A stretch of DNA of 64,000 nucleotides, taken from contig OZ219785.1 of NCBI GenBank assembly GCA_964291285.2, positions 1,024,001 to 1,088,000 on the forward strand, in the 5' to 3' direction. This DNA comes from Alphaproteobacteria bacterium (lineage in GTDB: Bacteria > Pseudomonadota > Alphaproteobacteria > Bin95). Positions 57,988-64,000 of the stretch are shown here, piece after piece. The position numbers and the translations under genes were made by a program. Within the stretch, counting starts at the first letter, position 1. Every line of letters starts with the position of its first letter. Under the pieces are notes generated by a model. That model worked only from the letters and a program-made list of their open reading frames with translations. It did no database searches and was not told the DNA's origin.

Positions 57988-58800
57988 TTAAATTGCAGAA
58001 ACAGAACCGACTTTATTGTTTCTTTCCCCGTTTAGCCGCACTATTTCTTGAAAAATGTTTTGGTGCTCATCACATTCACTTAAAGTCACATCGCAACGCT
58101 TTGCTATCTCTATACGCTGAGATTCCAAATCAAGTGCTTTCACTGCGAAGTCCTTCTGTGCCTGACATATTACCTGCTTGGAGTTGGCAATTTCACTTTG
58201 CCTTGCTCCCCATATGGAAAGAGAAGGTCTTTCAAGACAACGTTCAGCGGATTTATGCAAATTACCAAGCACCTCAAGAGTATCGGTATAAGACACATCG
58301 TTTTTCAGCATCTCTCCAAGAGCATAGCCATATCCATCAAGATACAAACTTGTTAGATGTAGGAAAGTCCTGACACTCATATAGTTGTTTGCTTCCGCAT
58401 CATGCATTAAGCCATCAGGTCTTTTAGGATAAGAAGACATGTTTTCAATATCTGTCGCCGCTCTTTCGTAATAGAATATAGCCGCATCGTAATTCTCTTG
58501 TGTCGTGGGCAAGCTGGTAGAAGAATAAATGTCCTTGTCCTTCCGATGATATTCTCCCAAAAAATAAGAAGCGGTGACATGTCCCAAATCTGACGCTTTT
58601 TCTATATAGTGACGCCACTCTCTTCCCTGACAGAAACGGGCATATCCTTCTGTGTAATTCCTGACAGGATCATCGGGAGCCGCCGCAATATACGCATCAC
58701 CCGTTGCATTCCCCACACCCTCGCAAGCTAGACCATCTACTGCAAAAACAGAAGCGATAACAAAAAAGTTGATGAAAATTCCATAGCTTGTTCGTTTCAT
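57988..58800 (-). CDS. AT-rich secreted Sel1-like repeat protein
   Basis: Signal peptide; IEKASDLGHVTASYFLGEYH and AIFYYERAA Sel1-like helices. Confidence 0.7.
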   Translation of the reverse strand: MKRTSYGIFINFFVIASVFAVDGLACEGVGNATGDAYIAAAPDDPVRNYTEGYARFCQGREWRHYIEKASDLGHVTASYFLGEYHRKDKDIYSSTSLPTTQENYDAAIFYYERAATDIENMSSYPKRPDGLMHDAEANNYMSVRTFLHLTSLYLDGYGYALGEMLKNDVSYTDTLEVLGNLHKSAERCLERPSLSIWGARQSEIANSKQVICQAQKDFAVKALDLESQRIEIAKRCDVTLSECDEHQNIFQEIVRLNGERNNKVGSVSAI

Positions 58801-58942
58801 AATTTCCGCCTGCACTTTAACTTCAAAGGCCGCTCCTGCTCCGCCTCGCACCGGGGACCGGGCATCGGCGCGGTTCGCATCCCGGCATCCTAGTGTAGGC
58901 TATGCTCCGGAGACAAGGGCGGGAGCCGGGAGGGGCAGCGTT

Positions 58943-61015
58943 ATGGGGTGGCGGATCGGGGTGGATATCGGCGGGACCTTCACCGATGTCGCCGTGCTGG
59001 ACGAGGAGAGCGGGCGCGCCGGCATCGCCAAGGTCCCGACCACGCCGCGCGACTTCGGCGCCGCCGTGATCGACGGCATAGGCGCGGCCATGCGCGACTA
59101 CGGCATCGACCCCGCCTCGGTCTCGCTCGTCTCGCACGCCACCACGGTCGTCACCAACGCGCTGCTGGAGGGCAAGGGCGCCGAGGTCGCGCTGGTCACG
59201 ACCGCGGGCTTCCGCGACGTGCTGGAGCTGCGCCGCTCCGCCCGCGCGGACCTTTACGACCTGTTCCAGAACGCCCCGGCGGTGCTGGTGCCGCGCCGCC
59301 GGCGCTTCGAGGTGGCCGAGCGGATCGACGCCCAGGGCGAGGTCGTGGCGCCCCTCGACGAGGCCGGGCTGGACGCGGTCGTCGAGCGCATCCGGGGCCT
59401 GGATGTGGAGGCGGTTGCGGTCTGCCTGATGTTCTCCTTCCTGAACGACGCGCACGAGCGCCGCGTCGGCGAGCGGCTCCGGGCGGCGCTTCCGGGCCTG
59501 CCGGTGTTCCTTTCCAGCGAGGTGCTGCCGGAAATCCGCGAGTTCGAGCGCACCAGCACCACGGCCGTCTGCGCCTATGTCGGGCCGGTGCTGGCCTCCT
59601 ACCTGGACCGGCTGGAGGCCGCGCTCGCCGAACTCCGCCTGCCTTCGCTCTACGTCATGGGCTCGAACGGCGGCGTGTTCGACGTGCCCGAGGCGCTCAA
59701 GATGCCGGCGGGCGCCGTCGAGTCGGGGCCCGCCGCCGGGGTCATCGCCGCGCAGCGCATGGGCCGCCAGCTCGGACGCGCGAACCTCATCTCCTTCGAC
59801 ATGGGCGGCACGACGGCGAAAGCGAGCCTGATCGAGGACGGGCGCATCGAGACCACATCCGAATATGAGGTCGGCGGCGAGGGCAATGTCGGGCGCTGGC
59901 TCCACGGCACGGGCCACCCCATCCGGGTGCCGGTGATCGACCTGGCGGAAGTGAGCGCGGGCGGCGGCAGCATCGCCTGGCTCGACCCCGGCGGGGCGCT
60001 GCGCGTCGGGCCGCAGAGCGCGGGCGCGGAGCCGGGGCCCGCCTGCTACGGGCAGGGCGGGACGAGGCCCACGGTGACGGACGCCAATGTCGTGCTGGGC
60101 TATCTCAGCCGCACGCACCTGCTGGGCGGGCGGCTGCCCATCGACGCGGCGGCGTCCGAGGCCGCGATCCGCGAGCATATCGCCGACCCTCTGGGTCTGG
60201 ATGTCGCCGAGGCCGCGGCGGGCATCGTCCGGGTCGTCAACAACGGCATGGCGGAGGCGCTGCGCATCGTCTCGGTGGAGCGCGGCCACGATGCGCGCGA
60301 ATTCTCGCTCGCCGCCTTCGGGGGCGCGGGGCCGGTCCACGCGGCGGCGCTGGCGGAGGAACTGGGCATGGAGGAAGTGGTCGTGCCGCCGATACCGGGC
60401 GGGTTCTCCGCGCTCGGCCTCGTCGCGACCGACCTCCGCCGCGACTACGCCCACACCTTCTACACAAGGATAGACGAGGCGGACCTGGACGCGCTCAACC
60501 GCCGGCTGGCCGAGCTGGAACGCGCGGCCCGGACCATGCTGGAGAATTCCGGGCTGCCGGAAGCCGACCGGTCCATCGAACGCTCCGCCGACTGCCGCTA
60601 CACGAGGCAGGCCTACGAACTGACCGTGCCGCTCGGCGACGGCCCCGTGACGCGCGCGGCGCTGGACGCGCTCGCCGACGGGTTCCACGACCGCCACCTG
60701 CGCACCTACGGGCACAAGAACCCCGACGAGGCGGTGCAGATGGTGAATGTCCGCGTCACCGCGACGGGCCGGCTGCCGGGCGTCGAGTTCCATGCCGACG
60801 CGGAGGCCCCTGCCGGTCCCGCCGGCGAGCGCGAGGTGGTGTTCGGCGAACGGCTGCCCTGCCCGGTCATCGCGCGCGGGGACCTGCCCGCCGATGCCGG
60901 GGGACGGCCGGGGCCGTTCATCGTGGAGGAGATGGACTGCACCACCGTGGTGCCGCCCGGCTGGCAGGCCCGGGGCGACGAACGCGGGTTCATCCTGATG
61001 ACGAGGAGTGCGTGA
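58943..61015 (+). CDS. Hydantoinase A / oxoprolinase family protein
   Basis: GVDIGGTFTD, ESGPAAG, DMGGTT, PTVTDAN. Confidence 0.93.
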   Translation: MGWRIGVDIGGTFTDVAVLDEESGRAGIAKVPTTPRDFGAAVIDGIGAAMRDYGIDPASVSLVSHATTVVTNALLEGKGAEVALVTTAGFRDVLELRRSARADLYDLFQNAPAVLVPRRRRFEVAERIDAQGEVVAPLDEAGLDAVVERIRGLDVEAVAVCLMFSFLNDAHERRVGERLRAALPGLPVFLSSEVLPEIREFERTSTTAVCAYVGPVLASYLDRLEAALAELRLPSLYVMGSNGGVFDVPEALKMPAGAVESGPAAGVIAAQRMGRQLGRANLISFDMGGTTAKASLIEDGRIETTSEYEVGGEGNVGRWLHGTGHPIRVPVIDLAEVSAGGGSIAWLDPGGALRVGPQSAGAEPGPACYGQGGTRPTVTDANVVLGYLSRTHLLGGRLPIDAAASEAAIREHIADPLGLDVAEAAAGIVRVVNNGMAEALRIVSVERGHDAREFSLAAFGGAGPVHAAALAEELGMEEVVVPPIPGGFSALGLVATDLRRDYAHTFYTRIDEADLDALNRRLAELERAARTMLENSGLPEADRSIERSADCRYTRQAYELTVPLGDGPVTRAALDALADGFHDRHLRTYGHKNPDEAVQMVNVRVTATGRLPGVEFHADAEAPAGPAGEREVVFGERLPCPVIARGDLPADAGGRPGPFIVEEMDCTTVVPPGWQARGDERGFILMTRSA

Positions 61016-61016
61016 C

Positions 61017-62771
61017 ATGGCCGCCCATCCGTCCGCGGTGAAGACCGACGCCGCCACCTTCGAGGTCGTCAAGAACAGCCTCTATGCGGTCGCCGAGGAA
61101 ATGAAGGTGGTGCTCGCCAAGACCGCCTATTCGCCGATCCTCAAGGTGGCGGGCGACTATTCCTGCGGCGTGTTCGACGACCGGGGCGAAATGGTGGCCC
61201 AGGGCCCCGACCTGCCGATCCACCTGGGCTCGATGCCGGACGCCGTGCGCGCGGTGGTGCGCGCGTGGGAGGATATCGGGTCGGGAGACGTGTTCGTCCA
61301 CAACGACCCCTATTTCGGCGGCTCGCACCTGCCGGACGTGAACGTCGTCTCGCCCGCCTTCGTGGACGGGGCGCTGCTCGGCTTCTGCTGCGTGCGCGCC
61401 CACTGGCCGGACATCGGCAGCGCCACGCCCGGCAGCTACGGCGCGGTCACGGACGTCTATGGCGAGGGGCTGCGCCTGCCGCCGGTGCGCATCCACCGGG
61501 GCGGGGCGGTCAACCGCGACGTGGAGGACCTGATCTTCGCCAATGTCCGCACGCCGGACGAGCGCCGGGGCGACCTGCGCGCCCAGATCGCGGCCAACCG
61601 CCGGGCCTGCGAGCGGCTCGAAGCGCTGGCCCGCAAATACGGCACGGACAACCTCAAGCGCATCATGCAGGAGGTGATGGATTACTCCGAGGCGATGATG
61701 CGCGCGCTGCTCCGCGAGATTCCCGACGGGGAGGGCGCGTTCGAGGACTTCTGCGACGGCGACGGCATCGTCGCGCCCGGCTCGAACCGCGACGAGACCT
61801 TCGACATCAGGCTGCGGATCGTCAAGCAGGGCGACGGCGTGACGGCGGACTTCGAGGGCTCCGATGCGCAGGTGGCCGGCCCGATGAACGCGCCGCTCTC
61901 GGTCACCTCGTCGGGGGTGTTCGCCGGCCTCAAGATGGCGGTGGACTCGGCCGGCGTCGTGCCGCCCAACTCCGGCGCCTGGCGCCCCGTGAAGGTGCTC
62001 GCGCCCGAGGGCTCGGTGGTGAACGCGCAGTATCCGGCCCCGGTGGTCTATGCCAACCACGAGATGTCGCACCGGATCTGCGACATGGTGTTCGGCGCGC
62101 TCGCGGCCATTATCCCGGACCGGGTGATGGCCTGCTCCCAGGGCACTTCGGCCGTGCTGACCCTCGGCGGCACCGACTACCGGACGGACGAGCACTATGT
62201 CAGCTACGAGACGGTCAAGGGCGGCTTCGGCGCGCGGCCGGACCGGGACGGCATCAGCGCGGTCGCCAGCGGCATCTCCAACACCATGAACACGCCGGTG
62301 GAGGTCATCGAGATGAGCTTCCCGGTGCGGGTCGAGTCCTACGAGCTGCTGCCCGATTCCGGCGGCGCCGGGCGCTGGCGCGGCGGGCTCGGCGCGCGCC
62401 GCACCTGGCGCATCCTGGAGCGCGACTCGCGCGCCACCGTCTGCTGCGAGCGCACCAAGTCCGCGCCCTTCGGCATCGAGGGCGGGGCGGCCGGCGCGCC
62501 GGCGCGCATCTCGGTCGTCGATGCCCACGGGGCCGAGCGGGTGCTGAACAGCAAGGGCGCCTTCGATGCGCCGGCGGGCGCGCTGGTGGTCTTCGACGTG
62601 CCGGGCTCGGGCGGCTACGGCCCGCCGTCCGAGCGCGACCCGGCCCGCCTCGCCCGCGACCTCGCCGACGGCTACGTCACGCCGGAGGGCGCGCGGCGCG
62701 ACTACGGCGCAGAGGACCCCGAGGCGGCCCTGCGCGCCGCCGCGGACGGCAGAGGCGCGGCAGGTTCCTGA
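61017..62771 (+). CDS. Hydantoinase B / oxoprolinase family protein
   Basis: NDPYFGGSHLPD, HWPDIG, NTPVE, DSGGAGRWRGG. Confidence 0.93.
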   Translation: MAAHPSAVKTDAATFEVVKNSLYAVAEEMKVVLAKTAYSPILKVAGDYSCGVFDDRGEMVAQGPDLPIHLGSMPDAVRAVVRAWEDIGSGDVFVHNDPYFGGSHLPDVNVVSPAFVDGALLGFCCVRAHWPDIGSATPGSYGAVTDVYGEGLRLPPVRIHRGGAVNRDVEDLIFANVRTPDERRGDLRAQIAANRRACERLEALARKYGTDNLKRIMQEVMDYSEAMMRALLREIPDGEGAFEDFCDGDGIVAPGSNRDETFDIRLRIVKQGDGVTADFEGSDAQVAGPMNAPLSVTSSGVFAGLKMAVDSAGVVPPNSGAWRPVKVLAPEGSVVNAQYPAPVVYANHEMSHRICDMVFGALAAIIPDRVMACSQGTSAVLTLGGTDYRTDEHYVSYETVKGGFGARPDRDGISAVASGISNTMNTPVEVIEMSFPVRVESYELLPDSGGAGRWRGGLGARRTWRILERDSRATVCCERTKSAPFGIEGGAAGAPARISVVDAHGAERVLNSKGAFDAPAGALVVFDVPGSGGYGPPSERDPARLARDLADGYVTPEGARRDYGAEDPEAALRAAADGRGAAGS

Positions 62772-64000
62772 GCGCCTGTCCGTCCGGCGAGATGCTGCGC
62801 GACGCTGCGGGCGTCCTCGCCGACGCCGTAGAGGATGCCGGACTTGCGCCATGTCATCCAGTTGAGGCCGGCGAAATAGAGGCCGGGGCAGGCGCTCACC
62901 CCGCCCGGCGCCACCGGATAGCCGGCCTCGTCGAGCACCGGGGCCTCGATCCAGGAGAAGTCGTGGCGGTAGCCCGTGGCCCAGACCACGTTCGCAATGC
63001 CTGCCCCGGCGAGGTCGAGCCTGCGCCGGATTCCCGGCATGGCCCCGTCCGCGGGCGGGCCGCCGGCAAGCTCCTCTTCCGTCGGCGGCGGCGCGTCGAT
63101 GCCGTGCATCTCGATATGGCGGTCGAATTCGGCGGTAATCCGCTCGGCGAAGGCGTCCGCGAAGCGCATGTCGTCATGCAGCCCGCCATCGAGGCGCGCC
63201 CGCTCGCCCTCGCAGTCCACCAGCCGGCCGAGCAGGCGGATGCCGCGCCGGTGGAACTCGTGCAGGCTGAGCGTGCAGCCGCCATTGCGGCCGGAGAGGT
63301 GCGGGTCCGCCCGGAAACGCGCCTCCGGGCTCTCCAGCATGGCCGGGGTGCGGTCGAGATAGCCCATGTCGCGCTGCCATGCGATGCAGTCCCGGCCCCG
63401 CCAGCGCCTCGGCAGCCGTCCGGCCCGGCCGACGCAGAGCCACACCTCCCGGCCCGCCTCGTGCAGCTCCTCCGCGATCTGGCAGCCGGTCTGCCCCGCG
63501 CCCACGACCATGACGCCGCCCGGAGGCAGCATGGCGGGACGCTTGTAGCCGTCGGCGGTAATCTGCGTCAGGCGGCGGGGTAGGCGTTCGGCGGCGGGCG
63601 GGACATGCGGCGCCTGGTAGGTGCCGGCCGCGACGACGACATTGCGCGCCCGCCAGCGCCCGGCGTCCGTCTCGACCGCAAAGCCGTCCCCGTCGGGCCT
63701 GACGGCGTGCGCCTCGACCCCGCAGCGCACCGGCGCGCCGAAGGAGTCCGCCCAGCGCTCGAAATGGCGCACAAGCTCGTCGCGCGAGAGGAAGCCGTCC
63801 GGGTCGCCGCCCGCATAGGCCGCGCCGGGAAGCGCGATCGACCAGTTGGGCGTGACGGTGCAGAACGAGTCCCACCGGCGCTCGCGCCAGCTCGCCGCGA
63901 TGCCGGACCGCTCCAGCACGACATGGCCGATGCCGAGCCGGGCGAGGAACCAGCTGACCGCGAGGCCGCCCTGTCCGGCCCCGATGACGATGGTCTCGCA
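62702..64000 (-). CDS. Flavin-dependent oxidoreductase (CzcO/FMO-like), 5' end beyond window
   Basis: GAGQGG at window edge, RWDSF, GAGQTG, VVWATGY, GLYFAG. Confidence 0.88.
   Translation of the reverse strand, partial: CETIVIGAGQGGLAVSWFLARLGIGHVVLERSGIAASWRERRWDSFCTVTPNWSIALPGAAYAGGDPDGFLSRDELVRHFERWADSFGAPVRCGVEAHAVRPDGDGFAVETDAGRWRARNVVVAAGTYQAPHVPPAAERLPRRLTQITADGYKRPAMLPPGGVMVVGAGQTGCQIAEELHEAGREVWLCVGRAGRLPRRWRGRDCIAWQRDMGYLDRTPAMLESPEARFRADPHLSGRNGGCTLSLHEFHRRGIRLLGRLVDCEGERARLDGGLHDDMRFADAFAERITAEFDRHIEMHGIDAPPPTEEELAGGPPADGAMPGIRRRLDLAGAGIANVVWATGYRHDFSWIEAPVLDEAGYPVAPGGVSACPGLYFAGLNWMTWRKSGILYGVGEDARSVAQHLAGRTGAQEPAAPLPSAAARRAASGSSAP

Overview
High-GC alphaproteobacterial chromosome segment (Rhodospirillales-like by gene content and a GAAC-N7-GAAC LexA box; inference). 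Most of it is ordinary metabolism: an Urt/Liv-type ABC transporter with two tandem amidases (the second has an in-frame TAA), class III aminotransferases, a bufferin-type DUF2282/DUF692/DUF2063/DoxX RiPP cluster, metA, acyl-CoA dehydrogenases, a P450, a tcuA-like gene, a cobU-W-N-O-Q cluster, queA, a Rieske oxygenase and a hydantoinase pair. The standout is a ~15.6 kb island inserted in the 3' end of tRNA-Ser(GGA) (7686-23286). It is bounded by a direct repeat of the tRNA end plus ~22 bp inverted repeats just inside each end, and I see no integrase, only possible VirB2 and relaxase remnants. Its cargo looks like one pathway: two sulfotransferases, an APS kinase, an AlkB-type diiron hydroxylase fused to a degenerate GlnE-type nucleotidyltransferase domain, an Ntn acylase, and MATE and RND exporters. 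Other items of note: a LexA-boxed promoter upstream of a lone IS630-type HTH gene, a ~780 bp nested palindromic MITE-like element, an orphan VapB and an AT-rich Sel1-like gene. All calls come from reading motifs by eye; no database searches were run.
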